Shown here: positions 1 through 14,035 of the stretch, piece after piece
Layout: each line of letters begins with the position of its first letter
Numbering within the stretch: the first letter of the stretch is position 1
NCBI RefSeq assembly: GCF_018977255.1
Contig: NW_024704742.1
Span: forward strand, 90,336,001-90,400,000
Origin: Callorhinchus milii
Lineage: Eukaryota
Direction of reading: 5' to 3'
DNA length: 64,000 nt
Translations under genes and position numbers: made by a program
Notes under the pieces: generated by a model
Told to the model about the DNA's origin: nothing
Databases searched by the model: none
What the model saw: the letters and a program-made list of their open reading frames with translations, nothing else

Positions 1-320
1 CACCCCTCCTTTCACTGCTTGGACCCTGTCTCCCACTCATCCCTCATTTCCCAATGAAAACCACTCTGCCTACATGACCTCAATCATCACATTGCTCCTA
101 GCCACCAGCTTTCCCTCCTCACTCCTCTTTTAGCAGACATCATCAACCTCTCTCTCTATTAGTGTAGTAAACCCCCTTCAAAAACCACTGCCATCACTCA
201 TTTTATCAAGAACTCCTCACTGGATCTCTCCATGTTCTCTACTTACTAACGTATCTCCAACCTCTCTTTGCTCTCCAAGGTGTTGGATTAAGTTATCGTT
301 TCCCAGGTTTACTGCTTCTT
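1..320 (+). mobile_element. Degraded L2 fragment (pre-RT region)
   Basis: Parallels 4325-4650 (atgaaaacc, atcatcaacctctc, atctccaacctc, tccaaggt). Confidence 0.7.
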
Positions 321-544
321 ATAATAATACTAATATCCTTGCATTGAATATAGCGCATTATCACTTCTTTGAGACATCTCAAAGCACCTCACAGGATATA
401 TTGTAAATCTTTACTGTATATCTTTGTGGGCGAAACACAGCAACCAATTGTCCACAAACAGTAATTTATCCCAGCACTCCCTCTTTGAGCCCTTCCAATT
501 CAGTTTCCACCCTGTCATTGTATATAAGCCTGGAACAGTTTGTG

Positions 545-865
545 TTGGAAGGTTGTGGGTTCAAGCCCCACATCAGGACTTGGAATTTGTATCGTGTAAG
601 ATGACACTCCAATGCAGTGCTGCATTGTTGGAGGTGCCGTCCTTCGGATGAGGTGTTAAATTGAAGTCCTGTCTGCCTGTTCAGGTGGATGTTAAAGATC
701 TCATGGCATTATTTGAAAAGAGAAAGGAGTTTCTCCCAGTGTCCTGGGCAACAATCCCCCAAATAAAATTGATCATTCACTTCATTGCTGTATGTGGGAC
801 ATTGATGTGTGCAAATTGGCTCGTTCAAAATCAGTCATTCCAATTTACAGTAAATTCTGTGAATC
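545..865 (+). mobile_element. Deu-domain-type SINE (AmnSINE1/SacSINE1-like)
   Basis: B box ggttcaagccc, then ggaggtgccgtccttcggatgag...ttaaagatctcatggca...gtgtcctggg, which matches the Deu domain as I recall it. Confidence 0.75.
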
Positions 866-3800
866 ACTTTCTTTCTGTCTTTCTTCTTCCTTTCACATTT
901 TTCTGGTATGAAAGGCACCAAATGTAGGGAATATTATCCCTCTGGCATCTTCAATGCCATAAACTATTTCATCTTTCTCCACTGTCTTTCCTCCCTGCTC
1001 CACCTCCATGACCCTGTTCTTTCTTGGTTTCAATCTTACTTGTCCCAATATCTTCATTCAGTCTCTTCCAATGGTTTCTCCTCCTGCACAGTTGCATGCA
1101 GCATTCCTCAAAGCTCCAATCATGGTCTGCAAACTGGGATTAATGTTGGTTTAGTAATACTCTTGAAATTGTATTTGTCACCAGTTGATTCAGCTAAAAT
1201 CAATTGCACTTGATAGGCAGTTACCCCAATATTGAAAGGGATGGTAAATCTGGATAAAGTGCTTGTAAGACAGGTTGCCGAGTTTAATGCACTCTGGACA
1301 GTTCAGGCCACAGCACATGTAGTTTATAATTTTTTTATACAATACAAATTTACATTTATATAGCACCTTTCATATCTTGTTCAACCTCCAACTATCCTTC
1401 AAACCCTGTGCGCAATTGGCTGCAGCATTTCTACACAAAATACACAGTCAATCCACTTTGAGCTCAATCGAAAATATACAGTCAATCTACAAGTCTCAAC
1501 GATGTAATAAGGCGTTATATCAAATGCAAGGATTATTATGCGCTGCTTCATGTCCCCTGCCCACTTACCATATCAGGAGGATCTCCCATGGCATTTAATA
1601 ATACTGGTTTAGCACCCAAGCTGAGGAGGATGGGGAGGGAAAGACGACCAAAAACGCAGTCAAAGATATGGGTGTTGAGATGGACCTTGAACGAGTTGAG
1701 CGAGGGAGCACAATTCTACAGCAAACAACAAACCCGGCTGATCAAAGCAAAATCTAGTACGTGCTAAAGGAGACAGCTTAGTCTCTCAAGTCAGATGTAT
1801 GTGAAGTGTAGCTTTAATGAGACTTGTGAGATCCATACAAATGCTGCACGAGACCCATGACACTTACAAGATGAAACATGCTGTGCTGCAGTGTGCAGTT
1901 TTAGACAAAGGTGCATCTGTGCCGCTTACCTTCCCACGAGTGTCCAGCAGGTGGCAGAAAATAAATTAAACTGATGAAGGGTCATTCATGATACTTTAAG
2001 CTATTCTCTTTCAGATACTGATTGATGACTAACTGCAGGGTGGGGGGGATAAACAGGGTCTCATCGGAGCTGAGCGGGCTCCAAAGTGACGTGCTTAGGG
2101 AAAGATATGTCGGAATCATAATCCCCCCCACACACACACATACACACTTTATATATAGTTTACAGGTAGCACATTATAGAACCTGATGTTTACTCCCAAT
2201 TTCTCATCAATACCACACTATAATCAGAAGGAACAACTCTGAATACAAACACTGCACACAATGGTCACATCACGTCACGTCACTCAACCACAAAGTATTT
2301 CTCAATAAACTTGCAGCAAAAATCATTTAATGCATATAATAATTATGGTAATAGTTCTTGCATTTGATGTAGGATCTTTCATGTCAAGAGGATGTTTCAA
2401 AAGCACTTCACACGATTTATGGTAAAGTATGGTGAAAGTGTATTTTGCAGGTGACCGTGGCCGAGAAATACAGAGAGAGAGAGAGAGACAGAGAACACTG
2501 GTAGTCAATGGTAGAACACCACTGTTATAGTTGGGCCACTGCTCCAAGAGGCTACTCACATGAAGGGTAGTACATAAATGATAGATATTGTTGTTGTTGG
2601 CACTCAAATGAATAAAATCCCATTTTGCAGTATATTGAATAGAAAACAAAGTATATACTAGACTGTCGTAATACTGAAATCAAATCTCTAGGTTCAGGTG
2701 ATGGTTATAAAACACTTGAGTTATAAAATGCTTGTAGCTTCTGATAATCTCTGAATTTCCTTTATAATGTGGCTGCTTTGTAGTTGCTCCCAGGGATTTA
2801 ATAATCTCAGTAATGATGCACATTACAGCAATGATGTTCAAATATGATGTATTAAACACTCTTGTGGATCCAAATCAGTTATTTTTAAGAGGGAGAATTC
2901 AGATAGAAAACAGCCCCAGTCACTTAAATGCCAAATAGTGGCTGAAGTATCATTTTAATTTCCATTAGCAAATAAAATGAAACAAACTCCTGCTTTGGTC
3001 TGTGAGAATCTGAATGTCTTGAGAATATATCCAATTTGAAGCCCACAGGATGTTCACATTATTATTCCTGACAAAAAAATAACGAAAAAGAAAATGAAAG
3101 GAAATGTTTAATGGGGCTAAAAAAACTGAACAAACCTCTGAGGTTTCTGAATGGGGAAAGGTCGCTTTCACTGTGCAACAATGCTTTAATCGATAAGCTG
3201 GGTGTGACTGGGAGTTGTCAAGGCCCTCTTTCCCACAGAACCTGCCCACTTTCAATTGTATTTCACTATTGAGTGAGGGGAATCCTTCAAATAAATTTGA
3301 AATAGCGTACTTGAACAATGAATTTCACAATGCTTTTGGTAAGGAGAAGCCCACATATTCCTAGCACCATTCACATAATGACTATCATCATTATAATCAC
3401 CATCAGCCAAAGCACTGATTGCAGCATTTAAACAAGCCTCCAGCTTTAACCTGAGTTCTCTGAGCACACCTGCTTTGTGTAAATTTGTCAGATTGCTGAT
3501 AAGTTCTCAGACCTTTCCCACTGCAGATCCTTTTACCTACGTAAGAAGATTTGCCTCAGTCACATTAGCTGGCAGATGACTTGAAATTGATTATCAGGTT
3601 TCTTAATGCTTTCCCTGAGCTCAGCACAAAACCCACTCCCAATTCAGCGAAGGGGTAAGTAGCAGAAGTTACAATTTGTTGACTTATAAATTTAAAGTTC
3701 AGTTATTTATACAGTTAATTGGAAAGGCTACTTGGAGGAACAAATTTTGATGAATATAATTTTACAGAAAGAAATGCACACTAAGAAAAGGGTTGGTGAT

Positions 3801-4184
3801 AATCAATAGAATATACAGAAGCTTCTGGAAGGCACACATTACAAGGCAAGCTTGAGAATAATTATATTATTCCTAATCCATCCTTCCAACCTCGCACTTC
3901 CACTCCAATTTGCAGATTAAGTATAACTACAAGAAACTGCACTGAATATATATGAAAAAAATCAGTTCAAGAACTAATTTTACAAACAGATTTTCAATAC
4001 ACAGACATGTATATTGTGCCGTATTTATCTCCTATTTTGCTAAAACCTATAGCATTCCTTTAACGCTCTGTACACACTGTGGTGAAATGAATATAAGATT
4101 TAGCAAAGGTGGCCAAGCTTTGGACTGTCCTAATTACAGTCTTGGGAGAATGTTGCACCTCACTGATGGAATTTATCAGATCGC

Positions 4185-5801
4185 CCATCCTCTCCTCCAA
4201 CGCCAACTTCGAGGCGATGCTGGACTTCCTCGAAACCAAAGTTGAGGGGATCCACTCAGCTGCCTCTGCCCTTCCATCTATTAGCCCCTCACCATCTCCC
4301 CCTCACACCTCGGCCCGTAACCATCCCTCCCTCCACATCTTCCAACCTGTCTCTTACTCCACTCTCACCACCACTATAACTCACATGAAACCGACCACCT
4401 GCTCCCTCAACCACATCCCTACATCTCTCCTTATCTCCCAGCTCTACCTCCTTGCCTCTCTACTCACAGCCATCATAAACCTCTCCCTGTCCACTGACAG
4501 TTCCCACTCCTTTAAAAACGTCCATCATCACTCCTATCCTTAAAAACATCTTCCCTGGTCCCTTCCCTGCTCTCAAACTACCGCCCAATCTCCAACCTCC
4601 CTTTCGTTTTCAAGGTCCTGGAACAAGTCATTGCTTCCCAGCTTTGCTCATTCCTCTCTCACCACTCCCTTCACGAACCTCTCCAATTGGATTCCCATGC
4701 CTCCCACAGCACAGAAACAACCTTGGTCACCAATGACATTTTGTCCATCTGGTACCAGGGCATCCTCTGCCTCCCTCTCCTCTGACCTCAACCTTCATGG
4801 TTCTATCCTTGAACGGTTCAGATCGTACCTTTCACATCTCCTCCACTTCATCTCCACAAACGGTTTCTCCACAAATGGTTTATCCTCTAGTTCCTGCACA
4901 CTCTTGCGTGGCGTTCCTCAGGGCTCTGTTCTTGGTCCCCTCCTCTTCAATATCTATATACTCCCTCTTGGTGACATCATCCACAAACATGGGGTCAACT
5001 TCCACATGTATTCGATGACACCCAATTCTATCTCTCTGCCTTCACCCTTGACTCCAGGACCACTGCTGTCCTGACAGAATGTCTGTCAGACATCAAGTCC
5101 TGGATGAGAGCTAACTTTCTTCAGTTGAATGTTAACAAGACCGAGGTCCAGCTGATTGGCTCCCGGGGGAGCCTCCACACCTCAAGCGCTGACAGTATTA
5201 CCATCCAAGGATGCAACCTCCACCTTACTAAGCCTGTCCTGCTTGTCGTCCTCCCCAACTGCGCCCTCCATAGGGCGCAGATTATCCAGAACTCTGCAGC
5301 CTATGTCCTCTCCTGCACCAGGCACCACTACCCTAACACCCCCATCCTCGCCCGACTCCAGTGGCTTCCCATCACACAGAGGATACAGTTCAAGATCCTC
5401 GTCCTCACTTTCAAAGCACTCCATGGCCTTGTTCCCCCCACCTCTGCAACCTCCTAACCCCCTACTAACCAGCCCGCTCCCTCCGCTCCGCAGGCTTCGG
5501 ACTGCTTCACGTCCCCCACCTCACCCACCCCACCGTTGGCGGGTGGGCCTTCAACCACTCTGCCCCCACCCTCTGGAACTCCATCTCGTGGTCCCTCCAC
5601 CTCGCCACCTCCCATACCTCCTTCAAGACCCATCTCAAGACCCTCCTCTTCGACCGTACCTTTGATCACCCTCCTTTCCCCCCTGCCCTCCACACTCCTC
5701 TATCCCGACCCTCAGTCCAAACACTGATTGTCCAGCACCTTGGGATGTCTTCCTGACATGAAAGGCGCCATACAAATGTAATTTTGTTGCTGTTGTTGTT
5801 G
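4185..5801 (+). mobile_element. Degraded L2 LINE (older family), RT region to tail
   Basis: Fragments [32 protein letters not shown] and LQWLP in shifting frames; (GTT)n tail. Confidence 0.9.
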
Positions 5802-6045
5802 TTACTTGGGACCTGGACCTCACAGCAAGCAAAAAATATCAACTACATTTTTCTTCCTTTCTCTCTCACCCCCACTCCTTTTATCAGGCTAAAATATGAT
5901 TCCATGGACGCAGTTGCAGTTGCTTCCCATTCTTTAAACTTCAGCTGAAACGTTGAGCGCCAGCCGCCAGCAGGCTGTTCAAGTTGTGTGCGCGCGTGGA
6001 GGAGGGAAAGGGCATCAAAACAAAGATCAATTCTGTTCTCACCCA

Positions 6046-6530
6046 ATAATATTCTTTGCATTTGATACAGCGCCTTATCACAGCTTCAAGATGTCATTAA
6101 GCGTTTCACAGAATCTATTGTGATGTGAATTGACTGAATATTTTTGGTCACAAATAAACAGTCAATTCACTTTACAGCATATTCTGTGAAGCGCTTTGAG
6201 ACGTCGAGAAGACGTGAAAAGCACTATATCAAATGCTAGGATTATTATTATATTTTGTGGGCAAAACACGGCAGCCAGTTGAGTACAGCAGTGTCCCACA
6301 AACAATTGTGGATTGAGTGACCATTTTTTAAAATTATTTTTTTTGAAGGGATTATTACCCCCAGAAAAGCGATCCGCCAATCAACTAATGACCAGGTTCC
6401 TACTTACTGCTAAGTAAACAGAGGCGTGTGGAGTAAGGAAACTTACAAAACATTTTGCCCTGCCCGGGGATCAAACTCAGGTCTCTCACTTGCTAGGTAA
6501 GTGCTCTAACCACTGAGCCACAACGCTCCA
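6046..6530 (-). mobile_element. tRNA-derived SINE, long variant, interrupted by an inverted SINE tail at about 6150-6250
   Basis: tRNA head at 6465-6525, body at 6250-6465, tail at 6046-6147. Confidence 0.85.
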
Positions 6531-6844
6531 TAAATGCAGCTAATTTGCAATATTTCTTGTTGGGGTACCTTCCCGTTAGAGTGGATTAATTCATGTGACA
6601 TATTTCTGGTTATGAAAAAAATCCCCAATTGCATGAATCAGATTTTAAGAAATCCTGTTAAATTGATTATTCTTACAGCAAGAATCTTTTCTTACCATTC
6701 TCCAAGCACATTTCATCCAGTTTCACCAGTCAGACAAAAACACCTCAGTCCTTGCTGGTCTCCATTGGCTCCCTATTGCAGAATGGATCATTTCAAAATC
6801 CTCACACTCATGTACCAATCACTTCATGCCCTGGTAACTCCCTC

Positions 6845-7108
6845 CAGGCAGGGCGAAACCTTGGGCAAGTTTCCTTACTCCACACGCCTAATAATAATCC
6901 CTCCAAAACCAAAAAAAAACAATAATAAATTGGTCATTTTCAATCCACGACTGTTTGTGGAACATTGCTGTGCGCAATTGGCTGCCGCGTTCGCCCACAA
7001 ATATACAGTCAATTCACTTTACAGTATATTCTGTGAAACGCTTTGGGACGTCCTCCCGATGTGAAAAGCGCTATATCAAATGCAAGGATTATTATTATTA
7101 TTATTATT
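6845..7108 (+). mobile_element. 5'-truncated short-variant SINE nested in an old L2 fragment (about 6745-7405)
   Basis: ccttgggcaagtttccttactccacacgcct body and a (TAT)n tail. The L2 sequence resumes at 7109. Confidence 0.85.
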
Positions 7109-10100
7109 ACCTCTCCACACTGCTTACTCTACACATTGCCTTCACTCAGCTGCCTCCAGCCTCCTGCACATGCCTCATCCCCTCTGTTCCACCATCAGTT
7201 GTACTTTCAGCCGCTATGCCCCGAAATTCTTAACTCGCTGCCTCAAACCATCAGCCTTGCGCCCTCCTTGTCCATCTTCCGAACAGAACACACCTGAAGA
7301 CCTTCCTGTTTGATCATCCCTACGGTTACTGCGGTCAACCTCCACCACTGTTAAGCATTTTAAGTCACTACCTCACATGAGCGGTGCTATATAAAGTAAG
7401 TTTTAAGTGTGTAAGGTGAGAAATTACCCCTAATACAAACACAATTGTATGGCTATTGGACTTTTCACCCATAATTATGACATGAGTTTAGTTAATTTAT
7501 ACAATGAATGGTCACTGCAATTATCAACATCGCTGTCTAATATGACATTCTTCTGTGGTGGCAAATTAGCCAAGTTGTTCACTCATAAATATTATTGTTT
7601 GCTCAGTTTGTAGCATTGTTACGTCCCAATTAGAAATCTGCTTTTGAATCTACCTTCTGATAAAATCAGGAGCTTGGCTGTCAAATCCCATAAGAATGTG
7701 TAAGGCATAAGAATAAGTATAGAAGTATTTGTGGTGTTAAATCAATTTATATTAAATTGATTAAATCAACTGATGCACTTACAGCACTTGCATCAAATTG
7801 AAAGGTTCCTTTTCCTTCATTTCTAGTGAATGAGGCGCCATCTATAGGTGTGTTCAGCAAAGAGCACACCAATTTAAAAGAAGGGATCTTATCTGCAAGA
7901 TGTTTCTCGATGTATAATAATAATATTCTTTGTTTGATATAGAGTCTGATAATGTCAAAAAGTGAATTGAAAGTCTATATTTTGTTGGCAAAACATGGCA
8001 GCCAATTTGTGCACAATAGTGTCCCATGAACAGTCATGAGGTGAATAACCAATTGTGTCTGGCTAAGATACCTGGAGAAATTTCCTTCTCTTTTTATTAG
8101 TGCAATGGGATCTTTATTATGTACCTCAAATGGCAGATGGAACCTTGATTTAAGGTGTTATCCAAAGGACAGCACCTCTGACAATGTACTTCTCTCCCCA
8201 AACTGCATTGGAGTATCAATCTAAACAATGAACTCAAAGTCCCAACATGGGGCTGGAACACTTGTAATGCTGCAACATGACCACAAATAACGTTTTAAAA
8301 AAAAATCCCCAAAATGAAGCGCTGCAGTTGGCTGACTCCTTCTGCCCTGAGAGAAGCCACATCCACTCCTGTTGTTGGTTACCCGAAACCTATATAAATG
8401 CAAACCTTCATCATTGTCAAATGCAGTTTCATTCCCTAAAAGCATGGGATGAGAAATTCAATATTACTTAACAAGAAAAGCATGATGTGGCTTTAACAGT
8501 TTTTAACCCCTCCCCATCCCTTACTCTCCTGTAGTTATAATTAACAGTGAAGATTAAGATAGATAACTGACATTACATGTGCACAACAGGTGGATCAGTA
8601 TGTAGGAGAGAGATGAAATATTTCAAGTGGGATCCTTCAGTGATCAGGGAATAATGAGGGTAAGTACCTGAACAGGAGATGAGAAATGCGATGTTTTGTA
8701 ACAAATTCAATAATTATCACCCTTCCCCAAATCAGGACTCAATTGTTTGGTAACACTCTATTAATCATTTGTGGCTTAAATACAATTTGTAAAAATGGAA
8801 ATCCTCTGAAGTGATTTGAGATGTCTCGACAATGTGATAAGCCACTAAATCATTATTATAGAATTATAAATATTAATATAAATATTAAACACATCCACAG
8901 GCCAAAGGTAGAAAATAAATGCAGTCTTCTTTCAGGGCATTAAGCACTATCAATAGGCCCATTCAAAAATTGCTTTCTACACTATTACATCTTTTTTTTA
9001 AGATGGACCAATAAAAGGGTAATCATGGGACTGAAATTACAATGGAATCTGTTTATTCTTTGGTTCCAGTTGCTATAAACCTGCTGGGAATGTTGCTGGA
9101 TAAAATAAAATATTTGATCTGGTTCGCTGCATTAGTTTACATGTTGATGTGCATATAGTTTAATGCTCTGAATAAAAGATCAGTTATCGAGAATTCACAC
9201 AGCTGAATTAGCTGCATTACACAATGGTGAGGAGGACTATGCCTTTTCTGGGGCAAGAATGCAAATAGCCATTTAGAAAGAGAATTCTCTGGAAACCAAT
9301 CTCACATATGTTCCACTTGCTCAGTTTGCCTGCAGCCCAACCCTGCCAGAACAAGCCAATAAAGTGGTAAAAAANTATTGCATTCAGTGATAGGCACAGT
9401 GCCTTTGGCATGACGATATTGGGAAACCCCATTAGTGACTGACACCACCAAAAGCAACGGTTGTATCTCTACGGAATGTGGTGAATCCAACAAAAGGTGC
9501 ATGAACTTTACTACTACTACTAATAATAATCCTTGCATTTGATATAGCGCCTTATCACATCCTCTAAACGTCTCAAAACGCTTCACAGAATAAACTGTAC
9601 TGTTATGAATATGGTGTAAGCTAGATGCAGCACTATGCATATAGACCTAACTAATTGAAAAGCAGGAGAAAAGCATTGTGCCTTTCACATCAGGAGAATA
9701 TACCAAAGAGCTCAACAATTCTAGGCAGGCACCAGAGTTGAGATGGGAGCTGAGGGTTAGTGAAGAGGGAAAAGATGACCGAAAGAGTGGTCAAAGAGGT
9801 AAGTTTTGAGGTGTACTTTAGCTTTCACAGATTATACCCACAAACTCAATTGTAAATTGCTTAGTATGGTGGCCATTCCTTGTCCTCACTGAGTGCAGAA
9901 TACTCAAAATATATCCAGAAAGAGAAACATTTCTGCTTACATTTATTAAGATTATTACATTTACCACAGATCGCATATTTATACTGATTTATTGGGCGAA
10001 CAAGATCTTAACTAGTTACGAAAAGTGAATCCACTAACTCACAGAGCAAGGAGTCCCACCTCGGGAGAGAATACAACACAATACTGAAAAAAGGCTGTAT

Positions 10101-10120
10101 GCAGGGTTTCTGTTTTTTTA

Positions 10121-10373
10121 ATGATAATAATACTTGCATTTGATTTAGTGTCTTATCACGTCGATGTGACGTCTCAAAGCACTTCACAGAATATACTGTT
10201 GAGTGAATTGACTTGTGGGTGAAAGAGGCAGCCAATTGCGCACAGCCATTCCCAGAAACAATCGTGGATTGAGTGACCAAATTATTATTATTTTTTTTGA
10301 AGGGATTATTACCCCCGAAAAGCAATCCGCCAATCAACTAACAACTGAGTTCCTATTTGTTGCTAGGTAAACA
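10121..10373 (-). mobile_element. 5'-truncated long-variant SINE
   Basis: Shares body and tail with 36823-37080. Confidence 0.82.
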
Positions 10374-11074
10374 GAGCAAGAGGAGCTTGCTTTGCTTTTA
10401 CCCACACTGAGGAGACAAGTCCCAAAATGCAGTGCAACTTTCCTTTGTATATATATAAGGAATAATAAAAGTCCAAACGTGCAGACAGTTTACTTGACTG
10501 AGCAACATCTTTAATACACTGGAATTCACCACATTGAGCAATCCATTTTTTTCTTAAATCAATGTATTTTTCAGATTCAGCGCTGATAGGAGAAAACAAT
10601 TCATATAGCACATATATTCTCTCTTTTTTAAAGTTTAGATAAATATATTCTCAAGAACAAAGCTGTACAACTTTACTACTTTTACAAAAATAAGGTAAGC
10701 TAGATGCAGCACTATGCACATAGACTTAATAGATTGAATAGCAGGAGAAAGCTTTCACATATTACACCCACAAACTCAACTTTGTATTGCTTAGCATGGT
10801 GGCAATGTCTTTGTCCTCACTGAGGGCAGAATATGCAAAATATATCCAAAAAAGAGAAAGGAAACAGCAACATTTCTTCTTACATTTACTACCAATGTAA
10901 CCAAGTGCAACAGTTACTTAAGGATTTTAATACATGTAAACTGAAGATTTTACACTGATGAAATTCTGTGATAAACTGTGTCACTGTATTAGACAATTCC
11001 CACAAAAATGTACCGCCTTCATTCATTGAAAAAGTGGCACAAATAGAATGACAGACTGGGTCACAATGGCTGCT

Positions 11075-11274
11075 CTAGTGAGGTAAAGGGACCAAAACCT
11101 GTACATAGTTGATGGGGAAGAATCCTGACTGGCCCTGAAGCATCCCTTCATACCAGTTGTCATCGATCTGATTGGTGAGTGTGATGATATCTCCCTCCTT
11201 GAATCCCAGTTCTCCTTCATTCTCTGGATCAAAGTCATACACAGCCCTGCAGGACGGCTGATCCAATGGTGTAC
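11075..11274 (-). CDS. SH3GL2: Endophilin-A1-like last coding exon 9, SH3 domain ([66 protein letters not shown])
   Basis: 200 nt, aagcag| acceptor, TAG stop at 11077-11075. SH3 motifs AVYDF, WYEG and GFFPINYV. Confidence 0.95.
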
Positions 11275-12286
11275 CTGCTTCAAAATAGGTTTGCGTTTAG
11301 TTGTAAGGAGGACTATGAGACTTCAAATATAACACAGTTCACATTTATATAGGGCTTGTCACGCAGGAAGGGCATCACAAAGCACTGAACACTGCTGGCT
11401 AAGTACCCAAGCTGGGGAGGGGGCAGGTGAAAGAAGACCAAAAGCCTGATCAAAGAGGTAAGTCTTGAGACGGGCTTTGGAAGTGGGCAAGGAGAGGGAG
11501 TGAGTCAGAGGGATAATACAGTGCAATTTTCATTTATATAGTGCCTTTCACTTTAAGAGCACGCATCAAAGCACTTAATTCTAAAAACACAGGTTTTGGA
11601 AATATAATATTCCCAATCAAGTTGTTGTCAGAAAGAAGCAACCAGGAATTTACCATGTTGTAAATTCCCCTATACTTGCACTATTTATCTATGGAGAGGC
11701 ACTGACCCTTTTGCCATCACTCTACCAATGCTGCTCTCAATGTTTCTATTAATACACCCATTAACAACTTCAAGAAGGGTTGGGCTCTCAATTTTCATGA
11801 TGTTCTGTCAGAAACAACTTGGTGAAAGGTGTTGCTATATAAGACTGGGAGTTATTTGGAAACTAACCAGGAAAATAAATTCCAGTTGTGCAAAGTTACC
11901 CACATGTACATGAGATATCTGAAGGATACTGTTTACTCGCAAATGTGCATGTGCAAAGTTGCTAGTTTTACCCAGACATGCGTACAAAATAATCAATTTA
12001 TCTGCAGGATTGTTGGCCAGGACACTGGGAGAAATTGCCTTCTCTTTTCGAATAGTGCCATGTATTTTAATGTCTACTTGAACTGGCATATAGAATCTCA
12101 GTTGAATGTCTCATGCAATGGATTGCACCAATGAAAATGCAAAGCTGCCCCTGCACTGGACTGGAATGACCAAGGTCGCAACAGGGGGCTTCTAACATAG
12201 AGGCAAAATGCCATCCAACTGAGTCAAGTCAACATGCTGATTTCGGCGGCATTCACATCAAAAGTGGTGTGTTTCATATATTTTAC

Positions 12287-12408
12287 CAGGTGTCTTTTGT
12301 CCACTGTTAGTTACTCCACCATTCTGTTGTGGATCTTCTGCAAACTCATAAGTCAAGCGAGGCTTTGGTTTGTATTCTCTTCGAGGATGATTTGCTACCT
12401 CCCTCATT
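12287..12408 (-). CDS. SH3GL2: Endophilin-A1-like coding exon 8, BAR-SH3 linker (MREVANHPRREYKPKPRLTYEFAEDPQQNGGVTNSGQKTP)
   Basis: 122 nt, ttgtag| acceptor and |gtaaaa donor, phase 2-1 fitting its neighbours. PRREYKPKPR motif. Confidence 0.92.
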
Positions 12409-13127
12409 CTACAAGAAACAAAATTAACATGTGTGCTTGACATAAAGGGGTAGGAGTTAATGAACACTATTGCTTTTCTATTGGTGGTGGGGGGGGGGGT
12501 AGAGCTCCAGCTCCAGAAATAGGACATGTGAAATTGATGCATTAGAATGTAATTAGTATTATTATTATTAGAATGTACCACAGGTCAATCTGAACAATAA
12601 TCTGCTGTTGCATGCCTCCAGGCATGGAGTGCAGTGGATTGATACTCAAGAGTCTATATCGCATTTCAGAGAATTTAATCCACTTTTGAAGAGGTTACTA
12701 AATGAAGCACCGCAATGGTTTCTATTATGTGAGCTTTGTAAATCAAGTATAAACACATGACTATTATACGGGGTGTGTTAACCGAATGTAGACATATGGA
12801 TACAGAGGAAATCACAGATACCCTTAATTTAGTTATCAAAAAAATCTTTATCTATTGACGCTCCGAAACACCATCCTACGTGAATGGTGCTATTTAAATG
12901 CAAGTTGTTGTTGTTAGCTACACAATTAAGTGAACTTGTAATTCTCACTATACACGTGTTTATACATGGTTAATACAATGCATATAATTGACACCATAAG
13001 TAGAGAAAAAACCTAACAAAAGAACTCATCTCAAATACTAGAGAAGTTGCATACAAAACTAGCATTGAAGGCCAGAAAATTTTGTTTTCCTGTGTGAAAG
13101 AGGCCAGTGTGCAGGTTGGAAGGCATC

Positions 13128-14035
13128 ACAACAACAACAACAACCAAATTACATTTGTATAGGGCCTTTCACGTCGGTAGGACATCCCAAGACGCTGGAC
13201 AGTCAGTGTTTGGACCCGAATTGGGGGTTGGGATTGGGGAGGTGCAGGGCAGGGGGGGAAGCAGGGTGATCTAAAGCACTTTCGAAGAGGAGGGTCTTGA
13301 TATTGGTCTTGAAGGAGGCAAGGAAGGGGGTGAGGCAGAGCGAATGCGGGATGAAGTTCCAGAGGGTAGGGGCAGAGTGGCAGAAGGCCTGCCCGCCAAT
13401 GGTGGGGTGGGTGAGGAGTGGGATTGAAGCAGACCAGAGCCTGCAGAAAGGAGGGAGTGGGCAGGATGGTAGGGGGTTAGGAAGTCACAGAGGTAGGGGG
13501 GGAGCAAGGCTATGGAGAGCTTTGAAGGTGAGGACCAGGATCTTGAACTGTATTCTCTGAGTGATGGAAAGCCAGTGCAGTCAAACGAGGATGGGGTTGA
13601 TAGGGTCACGGAGCCTGGAGCGGGAGAGAGCACAGGCTGTAGAGTTCTGGATGATCTGCAGCCTATGGAGGGAAGAGTTGGGGAGGCTGACAAGCAAGAA
13701 GTTTGCATAGTCAAGCCTCAATGTAATGAACGCATGTATGAGGGTTTCCGCGGCCTGTGGTGTGAGACAGTGGTGGCGCCGGCCAATATTGCAGAGGTGG
13801 GCGAAGGTAGAGCGGGTCATGGCACGAACGTGGGGTAGAAAGGATAGTTGAGGGTCAAACAAGATGCCAAGGTTCCAGACTGGCTTAGGAAGGTGGAGTG
13901 TGCATTCCTGGATGGTGACGTTGTCAGCGCCTGAGGTGTGGAGGCACTGACGGGAGTCAATCAGGAGGGCCTCGGTCTTGTTGACATTCGATTGAAGAAA
14001 GTTAGCTCTGATCCAGAACTTGATGTCTGACAAAT
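13128..14035 (-). mobile_element. Degraded L2 LINE 3' part
   Basis: ORF 13581..14033 has NFLQSNVNKTE and AETLIHAFIT; (CAA)n on + at 13128. Confidence 0.9.

Noticed and set aside
9375..9375. Single ambiguous base N
   Set aside because: Assembly ambiguity with no biological meaning.
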